57,701 nucleotides of DNA from an uncultured Gammaproteobacteria bacterium (GTDB lineage Bacteria; Pseudomonadota; Gammaproteobacteria; Steroidobacterales; SZUA-146): the NCBI GenBank assembly GCA_963922815.1, contig CAWUKD010000004.1, positions 1-57,701 on the forward strand, read 5' to 3'. Below, one piece after another: positions 19,341 to 29,906 of this stretch (position 1 is its first letter; each line of letters starts with the position of its first letter). Below the pieces are notes generated by a model. It ran no database searches and had not been told where the DNA came from. It saw nothing but the letters and a program-made list of their open reading frames with translations. A program made the translations under genes and the position numbers.

Positions 19341-21170
19341 ATGAGTGAAACCAATATATTACCTGAGCAATACCGGTGGATGTTTCAACAAGGCCCCCAC
19401 CTGGCATCCGCCACCGATCGCACCGGTCGTTTCTGCGACGTGAGTGACGAGCTGCTTAGGCGTCTGGATTATTCACGTGAACAGTTCCTGAAGATGTCTC
19501 CTCAGGACATTGCGACCGAACAAACGCAACAGGACCTTCTGTCTGACTACCTGCCCAGGCTCAGACTGGCGGGACGCATCGATCATGCCCCGATTGAATA
19601 TCAGTCACGTAGCGGCGAATCACTTAAACTTGTCGCCGATACCATCGTTCACGAAGACGACAACCACGAGTTTCTCGCAGTCAGCTACTATCAGGAGCTG
19701 GACAGCTGGGACAAGATCTCGCATCGCTTTAAAGCGTTTTACCTTGCAACTCCGGCCATGCTTCACACCATGGACCACAACGGCTGCATCCTTGAAGTTA
19801 GCGATCGCTGGCTACACAAACTGGGCTATGCCCGCAAGGACGTGATCGGCCGTTATATTGGCGACTTCTACACAGAAACCGTTCGCGAGGAACTTCAGGA
19901 CGGCAGCCTTACACACCTGAATTTTGCCGAAGAATACAGCAATCACGAGCGCCAGATGGTGACGCGTTCAGGGGAAATTCTGGACGTTCTCGTATCGGCG
20001 GCGCGGGTGAATAACCGGCGCGGCGAACCGATACGCCTGCAAGTGGCCATCAAGGACGTGACGGATCGAAACAGGGCCTTAAGCGACTTGCAAAAAGCAT
20101 TCGATGAAAACGCCAAGCTGCGTAATGCGCTGGAGCTTGAGCGTGACTACCTTCGGGAGAATATCCGGGAGTCAATGAATGACGGCGAAATCGTTGGTGG
20201 CAGCCCTGCTCTGCAATCGATGCTTGGCCGAATTGAGGCGGTCGCTTACACCACGGCAAACGTACTCATCATTGGCGAGTCCGGTACGGGCAAGGAACTG
20301 GTATCGCATGCAATCCATTCGCGCAGTCAGCGAAAGAACGAACCGCTGGTCACCGTGAACTGCGCATCCATACCGAGCGAATTATTTGAAAGTGAATTTT
20401 TCGGGCACGTTAAGGGCGCCTTCACCGGAGCGACACGCGACCGAATTGGTCGCTTTCAACTTGCCGACGGCGGCACAATATTCCTGGACGAAGTGGGCGA
20501 AATCCCTCTTGAACTTCAGAGCAAACTGCTCCGTGTGCTCGAGCAACAACAGTTCGAGCGAGTCGGCGATGACAAGACCCGAACAATTGATGTTCGCATC
20601 ATTGCGGCAACCAACCGAGATCTTGCTGACGAAGTCGCCGCGGGGCGTTTTCGCGAAGACCTGTTCTATCGTCTCAACGTGTTTCCAATCGACGTACCAC
20701 CGCTGAGAGAACGGGGTGATGACGTTATTCATATTGCCAGCCACTTTATTGCCGACATATGCAATGATTTCGGGCGCCCACTCCTCGCACTTAGCGAACG
20801 CAACGTCAGACAGCTGCGGGCCTACTCCTGGCCAGGCAACGTGCGGGAACTCAGAAACGTGCTGGAACGCGCGATCATCCTGAGCAGAGACAACAAAATC
20901 AACCTCTCGATTCCCGTTGGCCCTGCTCAGGACGCGCCCAGAGCAACCGCGGTTGTCACCAATGACTACCTGAACGAGCAGGAAATGCGGGCCTTTACAA
21001 AACGGAATCTCGAGCAGGTGCTGCGCGCCGCGAATGGAAAAGTATCCGGCGAAGGCGGCGCTGCAGAGCTGCTCGGACTCAAGCCCACAACGCTGACCGA
21101 TCGACTGCGTTCTTTTGGTATCGAAATGCCCGCAAAACGGCGGGGAAGGCCCAAACGCAGCAGCTCGTGA
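19341..21170 (+). CDS. PAS-PAS sigma54-dependent activator (bEBP, Fis HTH)
   Basis: Two PAS domains; GESGTGKE, GAFTGA, FLDEVGE, RIIAATNRDL, FREDLFYRLNVFPI; C-terminal HTH. Confidence 0.95.
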   Translation: MSETNILPEQYRWMFQQGPHLASATDRTGRFCDVSDELLRRLDYSREQFLKMSPQDIATEQTQQDLLSDYLPRLRLAGRIDHAPIEYQSRSGESLKLVADTIVHEDDNHEFLAVSYYQELDSWDKISHRFKAFYLATPAMLHTMDHNGCILEVSDRWLHKLGYARKDVIGRYIGDFYTETVREELQDGSLTHLNFAEEYSNHERQMVTRSGEILDVLVSAARVNNRRGEPIRLQVAIKDVTDRNRALSDLQKAFDENAKLRNALELERDYLRENIRESMNDGEIVGGSPALQSMLGRIEAVAYTTANVLIIGESGTGKELVSHAIHSRSQRKNEPLVTVNCASIPSELFESEFFGHVKGAFTGATRDRIGRFQLADGGTIFLDEVGEIPLELQSKLLRVLEQQQFERVGDDKTRTIDVRIIAATNRDLADEVAAGRFREDLFYRLNVFPIDVPPLRERGDDVIHIASHFIADICNDFGRPLLALSERNVRQLRAYSWPGNVRELRNVLERAIILSRDNKINLSIPVGPAQDAPRATAVVTNDYLNEQEMRAFTKRNLEQVLRAANGKVSGEGGAAELLGLKPTTLTDRLRSFGIEMPAKRRGRPKRSSS

Positions 21171-21362
21171 CCACCTGCTCACCCGACCGGACCAACTTTC
21201 CGGCGCCAATCACCCGCCACCACCGTTATCGGGACGCCGACTCACGGCGGACCCGGGATACATCTGGACAATACCCGGTGCAGGCCTTTATCCTCATTCA
21301 ACCTGCGCCCCGGTCAGCACCCCTGCCCGTACATCGTTGCAGCAACCTCCACCAACCGCCCT

Positions 21363-22208
21363 GTGAGCCTCGTCGTGCGAAAACTGTTTATTATCTTGAT
21401 CATAATTGTTCTGACTCTCGCGCTCGGCTTTTATGGCTACCTTGAAGGCATCCATATCAAACGACAGAGCGTGGCCGAACTGAATGAACTGCTCTCCGGT
21501 GACTACGAGCTGTTTGTCCCGGAGGGTCAGGGTCCGTTTGCAACGGTAGTCGGCTACCACGGCTGCTCGGGAACGCTGCACGGCTCTCGCGACTGGGCGC
21601 GACTCTTTCAACAGGCAGGTTACGCCGTTGTGCTGGTTGAAAGCATCAAACCTCGCAACCTTGAATGGCGCGAAGTCTGCGACGGCAAGAAGCTCTGGGG
21701 AAGCGAGCGTGCCGGTGATGTCATGGCATCGCTCGAGACCATTCGCGGGCTTCCCTTTGTTAATGCGAACGCGCTGCATCTGATTGGCTGGTCGCATGGG
21801 GGCTGGGCACTGATGGACGCTTTCGACTACACGGCCAATGAGAAACGCCCGCCTAACCTTCTTGAAAAACCGGATTCTCCGTTGAGGGGCGTTGTCAGCG
21901 CCACCCTGTTTTATCCCTTCTGCGAATTTCCGGTCAGAGCGCGCAACGGCTGGCCTCAGGAATTTCCGGTGCACTTCATCTTCGCAGAAACCGACAGCAT
22001 TGTTTCTAACGCGGCCTGCCAGCTTATCGTTGACCGGCAGCTGGAGCTTGGAAAGCCGGTTAGCGCCAAGTCGTACACCAACACGGACCACGCCTTCGAT
22101 ATGCGTCCTGAAGACTTTTACGATGGCGACCTGACCGGACAGCCTGACGCGACTCGTCAGGTACATGCAGACATGCTGATCAACCTGCGCAATTGGTCGC
22201 TCCAGTGA
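21363..22208 (+). CDS. Dienelactone hydrolase-like alpha/beta hydrolase, membrane-anchored
   Basis: N-terminal TM; YHGCSG; GWSHG nucleophile; ETD acid; DHAFD His; GTG start. Confidence 0.8.
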   Translation: MSLVVRKLFIILIIIVLTLALGFYGYLEGIHIKRQSVAELNELLSGDYELFVPEGQGPFATVVGYHGCSGTLHGSRDWARLFQQAGYAVVLVESIKPRNLEWREVCDGKKLWGSERAGDVMASLETIRGLPFVNANALHLIGWSHGGWALMDAFDYTANEKRPPNLLEKPDSPLRGVVSATLFYPFCEFPVRARNGWPQEFPVHFIFAETDSIVSNAACQLIVDRQLELGKPVSAKSYTNTDHAFDMRPEDFYDGDLTGQPDATRQVHADMLINLRNWSLQ

Positions 22209-22224
22209 CGTCCAGGACCACTCT

Positions 22225-22851
22225 GTGAGCATAAGCGACAAAAACGCTCCCACTCTGGAATGCATCATCCTCGCCGCAGGCGAATCGCGCCGACTCGGTC
22301 AGCCAAAGCAGCACGTGGTGGTGTCGTCCATGAGCCTGCTGGAACGCTCGATCAAACTGGCCCGCGACGTGTGTGAAACGCTCGGTACCGGGCAGCAACC
22401 AATAGTGGTCAGCGGCGCTTTTCTCGCGCAGGACTGCAGGGCACTCCGCGCACATCACGCCGCCAAGTCCATTCGACATCACTACAACTCTCGCTGGCGC
22501 CAGGGCATGACCGCCTCGCTGGCCTGTGCGGCGCCGCTTACCCGGTCGGACGGCGTCATGGTCCTGTTGGTCGATCAGTACAAGATTCACAAAGAAGCCC
22601 TTCTGGCTCTTCATGCTCTGTGGCTCGGTGATCCCGAGCGCCCCGCCGCCGCTCGCTACGCAGACACGCTTGGCCCACCTGTCATCTGGCCGAGCCGCCT
22701 TTGGTCGACGCAGAGCCTCGCAGAAGGCAATGAGTCCCTGCTGGACAAATCGATACTGATCAGCAGCAATCCCCAGTATCTAGACATACCCGAGGCCGCG
22801 ACAGACCTCGATACCTCTCAGGATCTGAGCCGGGCAATTGTCGAACCCTGA
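22225..22851 (+). CDS. MocA/MobA-like nucleotidyltransferase (NTP_transf_3)
   Basis: ILAAGESRRLGQPK, WRQGMTASL, LVDQ, DLDTSQD. Confidence 0.8.
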   Translation: MSISDKNAPTLECIILAAGESRRLGQPKQHVVVSSMSLLERSIKLARDVCETLGTGQQPIVVSGAFLAQDCRALRAHHAAKSIRHHYNSRWRQGMTASLACAAPLTRSDGVMVLLVDQYKIHKEALLALHALWLGDPERPAAARYADTLGPPVIWPSRLWSTQSLAEGNESLLDKSILISSNPQYLDIPEAATDLDTSQDLSRAIVEP

Positions 22852-22934
22852 CGCTACTGGCCGGCACGCCCGCCATTAGCCATCACGGGCGGTTAAATAT
22901 GCGACGCTTATTCAACCATAACCGCCTACCCCGG

Positions 22935-22962
22935 TTGCCTGAGAAAGTATCGTTGTTACAAT
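22935..22962 (+). promoter_or_regulatory. sigma70 promoter for fhs
   Basis: TTGCCT-N16-TACAAT with extended -10 TG. Confidence 0.6.
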
Positions 22963-23053
22963 GACTTCTGTGTCCGTACCGTATACTGACGGGCACGGCA
23001 CGAACCTACAACGATTCTTCAAAACAGCCACACACAATTCATACAGGTGCGCG

Positions 23054-24733
23054 ATGACTAAAGTTCGTTCAGATCTGGAAATAGCCCAGGATGCTTCCAT
23101 GAAGCACATTACCGAAATCGGTGCAAAACTTGGTATCGGTCCCGAGTCGCTCATCCCCTACGGGCATGATAAAGCCAAGCTCAACTACGAATTTCTTGAA
23201 TCTCTGGACGACACCAAAAAGGGCAAACTCATTTTAGTTACCGCCATCTCTCCGACGCCGGCGGGCGAAGGCAAGACCACCACCACGGTAGGACTCGGCG
23301 ATGGACTAAACCATATCGGCAAGAAGGCAATGGTATGCCTGCGAGAGCCCAGCCTTGGGCCCTACTTCGGCATGAAAGGCGGAGCTGCCGGTGGTGGTTA
23401 CGCGCAGGTCGTTCCAATGACCGATATTAATCTTCATTTTACCGGCGATTTCCACGCGATCGGGGCCGCACACAACCTGCTGTCGGCAATTATCGACAAC
23501 CACATGTACTGGGACAATCAACTCAATATTGATCAGCGCCGGGTCAGCTGGAAACGCGTAGTCGACATGAATGATCGCGCGTTGCGCAACATCACAATCG
23601 GACTTGGCGGCCCTACCAATGGAATTCCTCGTGAAAACGGCTTTGATATCACGGTCGCATCAGAAGTTATGGCGTGCTTCTGCCTCGCGACCAGCCTTGA
23701 TGACCTGCAAACCCGAATCGGTAATATCATCATTGGCGAGAATCGCAAGCGGGAACCCGTTCGCGTGTCCGACCTCAATGCCCAGGGCGCTATGACCGCC
23801 CTGCTTCGCGACGCCTTTCAACCAAACATGGTACAAACGCTGGAGAACAATCCGGCGTTCATGCACGGCGGACCTTTTGCCAATATCGCCCACGGCTGCA
23901 ACTCGGTCATGGCGACGCAGACCGCGCTGAGCCTGGCGGACTATGTGATTACCGAGGCCGGATTTGGCGCAGATCTTGGCGCCGAGAAATTCTTCGACAT
24001 CAAGTGTCGCAAAGCCGGACTCAAACCGGATGCCACCGTACTGGTTGCAACCACGAAGGCGCTCAAGATGCACGGCGGTGTCGCGAAGGCCGACCTGGCC
24101 GGTGAAAACGTCGAAGCGGTCGTCAAAGGCTGCGAAAACCTCGGTCGACATATTGAGAATCTGAAAAAGTTCGGCTGCCCCGTGACAGTGGCGATCAACC
24201 ACTTCATCACCGACACCGACGCAGAACATCAGGCCATCACTGAATACTGCACGCAGCACGGCGTTAAATGCACCGTATCCTCGCACTGGGAACACGGCGG
24301 CAAAGGCGCCGCTGCGCTGGCTGAAACCGTTGTTGATTTACTGGATAACACCACCAGCCAGTTCGCTCCGATCTACCCCGACGAAATGCCGCTGTGGGAC
24401 AAAGTGCAGCATATCGCGACTCACATCTATGGCGCGGATGAAGTTGTGGCCGATCAAAAAGTTCGCGATCAGTTTAAACAGTACGAGGAGCTGGGATTCG
24501 GCCACTACCCGATCTGTATGGCCAAGACGCAATACAGCTTCTCAACGGACCCCACACTTATGGGAGCACCGACCGGCCACGTGCTGCCGGTTCGGGAAAT
24601 ACGCCTGGCTGCAGGCGCGGAATTTATTGTCGTCGTCTGCGGCGCCATCATGACCATGCCAGGGCTGCCAAGAGTTCCTGCTTCTGATGCGATTCGCGTC
24701 AATGATCAAAAACAGATTGAAGGCCTGTTTTAG
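23054..24733 (+). CDS. fhs: Formate--tetrahydrofolate ligase
   Basis: [57 protein letters not shown]. Confidence 0.97.
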   Translation: MTKVRSDLEIAQDASMKHITEIGAKLGIGPESLIPYGHDKAKLNYEFLESLDDTKKGKLILVTAISPTPAGEGKTTTTVGLGDGLNHIGKKAMVCLREPSLGPYFGMKGGAAGGGYAQVVPMTDINLHFTGDFHAIGAAHNLLSAIIDNHMYWDNQLNIDQRRVSWKRVVDMNDRALRNITIGLGGPTNGIPRENGFDITVASEVMACFCLATSLDDLQTRIGNIIIGENRKREPVRVSDLNAQGAMTALLRDAFQPNMVQTLENNPAFMHGGPFANIAHGCNSVMATQTALSLADYVITEAGFGADLGAEKFFDIKCRKAGLKPDATVLVATTKALKMHGGVAKADLAGENVEAVVKGCENLGRHIENLKKFGCPVTVAINHFITDTDAEHQAITEYCTQHGVKCTVSSHWEHGGKGAAALAETVVDLLDNTTSQFAPIYPDEMPLWDKVQHIATHIYGADEVVADQKVRDQFKQYEELGFGHYPICMAKTQYSFSTDPTLMGAPTGHVLPVREIRLAAGAEFIVVVCGAIMTMPGLPRVPASDAIRVNDQKQIEGLF

Positions 24734-24756
24734 TCAGGACAGTTGCGAAAGCGCGA

Positions 24757-25752
24757 TTATTCGACGAGCTCTTCTTCCACAGCAGTACGCTGCCGCTCCT
24801 GGCTGGGCGAATAGCCGTAGTGCTCTTTATAGCTCTTGGAAAAATGTGACGGTGAAATAAAGCCGCAGACCGACGAGATTTCCAGGATGCTCTGGGACGT
24901 TTGCTGAAGCAGCTCGCGGGAACGCGCCAGTCGCAGCTGGAGGTAATAACGCGACGGCGGACACAGCAGGTGTTTTCGAAAGAGCCGCTGAAGCTGCCTC
25001 TCGGACAAACCGATAAACTGAGCCAGATCTTTTTGCGGAATGGGCTCACGAATATTGGCTTCCATCAGCTCGACAGTAGATATGAGTTTATCGGACTGAT
25101 TGCCGAGCAAATGCCGCAGCGGTATGCGCTGCTTGTCGTTCTCGCGCCGAATGCGATCTGCAATCATCTGGTCCGCAATTTCTGCGCTCAGTTTGTCCCC
25201 ATGGCCCGCCGAAATAAAGCGCAACATCATATCGAACGGCGCCGTACCACCCGTGGACGTAAAGCGCCCCCGGTCCAGTGTAAACAACCGGTCGCTCACG
25301 CTCACACGCGGAAATGTTTCCCGAAGCTGCCCAACGTTCTCCCAGTGAACCGAGCACTTGTAGCCGTCCAGCAGCCCTGCTTTTGCAAGCACGAAACTGC
25401 CGGTACAAATCGCTCCAAGCGCAATGCCGCGCTGATGCATCATGCGCAGCCACTTTAGCAACGCCGGGTGCGTATTCTTTTCGACGTTCATACCGCCGCA
25501 TACAATAATAACGTCGTAGGCTTTGTTTGCCGAAGACGCCAGAGTTTCATTACAAATGACATGAATGCCGTCGCTGCTGGAACACACTTCTTCGTGATCC
25601 GAAATAGTGCTCCAGTGGTACAGATGAGCGTCGGTAAGCCGGTTAGCCATTCGTAAGGGAGAGATGGCAGAGGAAAACGACATCAGAGTGAAGTCGTTAA
25701 CGAGCACAAAACCAAACTTCTTTGTAACAACGTTCGTGTCGCTTGTAGACAT
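24757..25752 (-). CDS. GlxA/GbdR-like GATase-AraC transcriptional regulator
   Basis: DJ-1-like domain (AICTGSFVLAKAGLL, CSVHWEN) plus AraC HTH (SERQLQRLFRK, SPSHFSKSYK). Confidence 0.9.
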   Translation of the reverse strand: MSTSDTNVVTKKFGFVLVNDFTLMSFSSAISPLRMANRLTDAHLYHWSTISDHEEVCSSSDGIHVICNETLASSANKAYDVIIVCGGMNVEKNTHPALLKWLRMMHQRGIALGAICTGSFVLAKAGLLDGYKCSVHWENVGQLRETFPRVSVSDRLFTLDRGRFTSTGGTAPFDMMLRFISAGHGDKLSAEIADQMIADRIRRENDKQRIPLRHLLGNQSDKLISTVELMEANIREPIPQKDLAQFIGLSERQLQRLFRKHLLCPPSRYYLQLRLARSRELLQQTSQSILEISSVCGFISPSHFSKSYKEHYGYSPSQERQRTAVEEELVE

Positions 25753-25930
25753 GAGCAAAAACCCCGACAAACCAAAGCAAAGCTATATTGCACTGTATAT
25801 TAGGCGTTTCAGGACGCTAAAGCCAAGGAAAAACGCACATCAGAATCACTCTAATGTCGTAATCAACAAGATGCTGCCCGAACCTGGAGCAAAACCGAAA
25901 CGGTTGAAACCAGGCAACTGACTCCCCGCG

Positions 25931-26542
25931 CTAAAACCGGTGCTGCTCAGCGAATTTAATACCAAATTCCTGACCGCCATGGAGCATCCATCGCGCGGCG
26001 TAGTCCGCGAAACTGCGCCGGATAATCAGCTCGAAAACCGGCTCATCGCTACGCAGTGCGTATAACGCGCCAGCTTTGGCAAACGTTGACTGAGCGCAGT
26101 CATCCACGCTGAACATGGACTCATGCAAATCGAGCGTTGATGCCTTGCTCAGGAATGCCCTGGCCGCCGTTCCGCTCACGGCCAGCAGTATCTGACCGCC
26201 ACTAAGATCAGTAGCGGCTGCGTGAACCCCCTCAAAGGCACTGGATAACGCGGACACCAGTTCTCGCCCCTCAAACTGACGGCTTGTGACCAAAAATTCC
26301 TGTGGTCCCAGCCAGTACACCGAATGCGTATCACGCGTTACACGACCCCGCTCCGGGACCGGTTGACCCATGACCGTGGACAGTGCGCTTACAAAAGCGG
26401 GGTCGGCAGGATTACCGCGCATGCTGACATGACAAACGTCCGGCTCGACCAGGACATTCACGCAGGGCGCGACAACGCGCCGGGCGCCGTCGGTCTTCAT
26501 AAACGATGAAAGCGGATGCTGTTTTGCGAATGATTCAGACAC
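25931..26542 (-). CDS. soxG: Sarcosine oxidase gamma subunit
   Basis: VYWLGPQEFLV, DLSGGQILLAVSG, IIRRSFADY; GTG at 26542 overlaps the soxA stop. Confidence 0.9.
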   Translation of the reverse strand: MSESFAKQHPLSSFMKTDGARRVVAPCVNVLVEPDVCHVSMRGNPADPAFVSALSTVMGQPVPERGRVTRDTHSVYWLGPQEFLVTSRQFEGRELVSALSSAFEGVHAAATDLSGGQILLAVSGTAARAFLSKASTLDLHESMFSVDDCAQSTFAKAGALYALRSDEPVFELIIRRSFADYAARWMLHGGQEFGIKFAEQHRF

Positions 26543-29500
26543 GCTGCCTGTCTCCCTTGGGATCGAAAAATACCGAGCGGGTAATCGTGACCTTGATGCG
26601 TTCGCCGTCCGGAGTGACCGCATAGACAACCTCTCCATAGCGCTGACGACCCTTTTCAATCAGCGCCAGCGCAATCGGATGATTCAGACAGGCACTGAAG
26701 TAGCTCGAAGTCACGTGACCAACCAGCGGCACAGGTACTGTTGCCCCGGTATCTTCAATAATCTGGGAGCCTTCCGGAACTACGGTCTTGCCGTCTACCG
26801 ACAGCAGCCCGATCAGCTGCTTGCGGTCTTTGCGGATGCAGTCAGGCCGCAGAAGCGACCGTCGACCGACGTAATCCTTCTCTTTGGACAGCAGCCAGCT
26901 CATACCGAGGTCCTGAGGCGTAACGGAGCCATCGGTATCCTGACCGATAATAACGAAACCTTTTTCGGCGCGTAACACGTGAAGCGTTTCCGTACCGTAA
27001 GGCGTGATATCAAACTCCCTGCCTTTATCCATGAGCTGCGTCCACAGACCCAGCGCAAGATTGCTGTCGAGATTAATTTCGTACGCAAGCTCGCCGCTGA
27101 AGCTGATGCGAAAGACCTGCACAGGAAGACCCGCCAGCTGACCGCTTTTAACATCCATGAACGCAAACGCGTCCTTGTCGAAATCTATTGTACTGTCGAA
27201 CTGCTGAAGCAGCTTGCGGGCGTTCGGCCCAACCAGCGCGATCGTGCTGTTGTGATCCGTTGTAGACGTCATATACACGTCCAGATGTGGAAACTCGGTC
27301 TGCAACCAGAACTCCAGCCACGCATATACGGCAGCCGCCCCACCCGTTGTTGTAGTCAGATAGAAGTGTTCCTCACCAATCCTGGCCATCACACCATCAT
27401 CTTTGACCATCCCGTCCTCGCCCAAAAGGATTCCGTAGGCGCAGCGCCCCACGGCCAGCTTGCCAATGTCATGGGTGTACATCATGTCCAGAAACCGTGC
27501 CGCGTCTGGTCCATACACTTCAATCTTGCCGAGCGTTGAGGCATCCATTATCCCGAGAGACTCGCGCGTACGCACGCACTCCCGATTAACCGCCGCATGC
27601 ATATCTTCCCGGTCCTTCGGGAAATACCACGGACGATGCCACTGCCCGACGACCTCAAATTTAGCGCCCGCTTTCTCATGCCATTCATGCAGCGCCGTTT
27701 TACGTACCGGTTCAAACAGTTCGCGGACGTCAGGGCCGGCAATCGTGGAAAATGTGGTAGGCGTGTAGTTCGGTCGAAACGTGGTTGTACCGACCGCCGG
27801 AATATCTTCACCGAGCAATTCGGCCAGCACTGCCATGCCGTTAATGTTGCCAAGTTTGCCCTGGTCGGTACCGAAACCAAGCGCCGTGTAGCGCTTGACG
27901 TGCTCGACGTTGCGGAAGCCTTCCCGCACCGCCAGACGCACGTCAGACACTCCGACGTCATTTTGGTAGTCGAGAAACTGCTTCGGCCCCTTGTCAGGAT
28001 CGTACGGCGACGGCACGTGCCACAGCGCCTGAATCGGACTGACGGTGCCAACTTCGCACTGAGGAGAGGTATAGTCCGGCAGCTTTGCGCCCAATGCATT
28101 GCACACCGCCTCGCCCGCGCGCCACCCATCTTCCAGCACGTCTGATAATTCAAACACACCGTTGCCAGCGCCTGCGGAGACGCATGATTGCGGACTCGCC
28201 TCGGGCACAAACCCGGATACGTCGTGATCCCAGCGGTTCTTGCCCCCCGAATGCGAATGCAAGTGCACGGCTGGCGACCACCCGCCTGACATCGCCACCA
28301 GGTCGCAGTCGATTACATCATTATGATTCGCCAGTGACTTGCCGTCGGAGTTGAGCTGCCCAATCCTGGCGCCGGTAACGCGCGTACGACCAGAGACATC
28401 ATAAACAACCTGCTCAAAGCGAACCGGGATGTTCACCTGTTTGACCCTTGTGACGGCGTCACACTTACCTTCGGGCCGGCTATCGATAATCGCTGCGACT
28501 TCGACGCCGGCCTCATGCAGGTCCAACGCTGTTGCGTACGCCGAATCGTTGTTGGTAAATACAACGGCCCGCTTACCCGGCCTGACTCCGTACTGGTTCA
28601 CATAGGCGGATACGGCAGATGCCTGCATGACACCCGGCCGGTCGTTGTTACAAAACACCAGCGGTCGCTCAAACGCGCCCTGTGCCAGAACGACCTGAGC
28701 CGCACGCACCTTCCAAAGGCGCTGCCTGGGACTGACGGGACTGCTGCTTTCGCCTTGCGTAAGACAGTGTTCAGCAATGGTCAGAAAATTGTGATCGTGG
28801 TACGCAATGACGGTGCTATTGGTCAGACACCGCACGTTGGCAAGAGATTTTAGCTCCTGATAAACTCCGCGCGCCCAGCGATCGGCCGGTTTCCCGTCAA
28901 GCGTTGCACGGGTAGCCAGCAGGTGGCCACCAAACGCCGGCTTTTCATCAGCGATTATGACTCTGAGCCCCGCACGAGCGGCCAGCAGTGCGGCTGTCAG
29001 ACCTGCTGGACCGCCCCCGGCAATCAGCACGTCGCAGTGCGCGTGCCGGTGAGAATAGTGATCCGGATCGGCCTCCAAAGGTGATTCACCCATGGCAGAC
29101 ATCTTTCGAATCGCCGGTTCAAACATGCGCCAGGCATTTCGCGTTGGCCCCATAAAAGTCTTGTAATAAAACCCGGCGGCCAGCACATTCTTGACCATGC
29201 CAAGCGCTTCCTGCACGTCAACGTTAACGCTCGGCCAGCCTTTCACGGTGCGCGCCTCGAGCCCTTCGTAAAGTAACACCTGAGTCGCACGCATATTCGG
29301 TTCGGTGGTGGCACCTGAACCAATTTGCAAAATCGCATTCGGCTCTTCCGCACCGATGCCTACGATACCCCGCGGACGGTGATACTTGAAACTGCGGCCG
29401 ACAATATCCACCCCGTTTGCGAGCAGGGCCGAAGCCAGGGTATCCCCCTGAAAACCGGTCATCGCTTTGCCATTAAACGTAAAGCGCACCGGCTTGGAAC

Positions 29501-29549
29501 GATTAATACGCCCACCGTCCGCCAATCGGTTAACTTGCTCACCCGTCAT
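26535..29549 (-). CDS. soxA: Sarcosine oxidase alpha subunit
   Basis: GDTLASALLANG, RSFKYHRPRG, EHVKRYTALGFGTDQGK, GcvT-like C-terminal domain. Confidence 0.96.
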   Translation of the reverse strand: MTGEQVNRLADGGRINRSKPVRFTFNGKAMTGFQGDTLASALLANGVDIVGRSFKYHRPRGIVGIGAEEPNAILQIGSGATTEPNMRATQVLLYEGLEARTVKGWPSVNVDVQEALGMVKNVLAAGFYYKTFMGPTRNAWRMFEPAIRKMSAMGESPLEADPDHYSHRHAHCDVLIAGGGPAGLTAALLAARAGLRVIIADEKPAFGGHLLATRATLDGKPADRWARGVYQELKSLANVRCLTNSTVIAYHDHNFLTIAEHCLTQGESSSPVSPRQRLWKVRAAQVVLAQGAFERPLVFCNNDRPGVMQASAVSAYVNQYGVRPGKRAVVFTNNDSAYATALDLHEAGVEVAAIIDSRPEGKCDAVTRVKQVNIPVRFEQVVYDVSGRTRVTGARIGQLNSDGKSLANHNDVIDCDLVAMSGGWSPAVHLHSHSGGKNRWDHDVSGFVPEASPQSCVSAGAGNGVFELSDVLEDGWRAGEAVCNALGAKLPDYTSPQCEVGTVSPIQALWHVPSPYDPDKGPKQFLDYQNDVGVSDVRLAVREGFRNVEHVKRYTALGFGTDQGKLGNINGMAVLAELLGEDIPAVGTTTFRPNYTPTTFSTIAGPDVRELFEPVRKTALHEWHEKAGAKFEVVGQWHRPWYFPKDREDMHAAVNRECVRTRESLGIMDASTLGKIEVYGPDAARFLDMMYTHDIGKLAVGRCAYGILLGEDGMVKDDGVMARIGEEHFYLTTTTGGAAAVYAWLEFWLQTEFPHLDVYMTSTTDHNSTIALVGPNARKLLQQFDSTIDFDKDAFAFMDVKSGQLAGLPVQVFRISFSGELAYEINLDSNLALGLWTQLMDKGREFDITPYGTETLHVLRAEKGFVIIGQDTDGSVTPQDLGMSWLLSKEKDYVGRRSLLRPDCIRKDRKQLIGLLSVDGKTVVPEGSQIIEDTGATVPVPLVGHVTSSYFSACLNHPIALALIEKGRQRYGEVVYAVTPDGERIKVTITRSVFFDPKGDRQRV

Positions 29550-29610
29550 TGAAAACCACCCGGCCACCGATGCGCCCATCGCCAACCCGGGATCAACACG
29601 CTATCAACTC

Positions 29611-29898
29611 TCATCTGTCTGCCGCCGCTGCGTCGAGTGATTCGTTCATTTTGCAGGTTGCCTCAAACTGATAGGACACGGTATCTCTGCGCGCTTTGAA
29701 ATACTGCCGGCATCCCGCGGAATGTACCCATAGTTCGTCATGGGCACCCTTTGGATTGCTGCGGCAGAAAAGATAGTCAGCCCACTGCTCGTCGGACAAG
29801 GTGTCCGGATGGGTAGGTCTGACGATCCCGGCTTCTCCGGCATAGCCAAATTCGCTTTGATCGCGCTCACCGCAAAAAGGACAGTTGATAATAAACAT
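29611..29898 (-). CDS. soxD: Sarcosine oxidase delta subunit
   Basis: CPFCGERDQSEF, NPKG, WVHSAGC zinc ligands. Confidence 0.95.
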   Translation of the reverse strand: MFIINCPFCGERDQSEFGYAGEAGIVRPTHPDTLSDEQWADYLFCRSNPKGAHDELWVHSAGCRQYFKARRDTVSYQFEATCKMNESLDAAAADR

Positions 29899-29906
29899 AC
29901 GTTTTC

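Noticed and set aside
20382-22268. Minus-strand ORFs 20382..21209 and 21294..22268
   Set aside because: Shadows of the bEBP and hydrolase genes.
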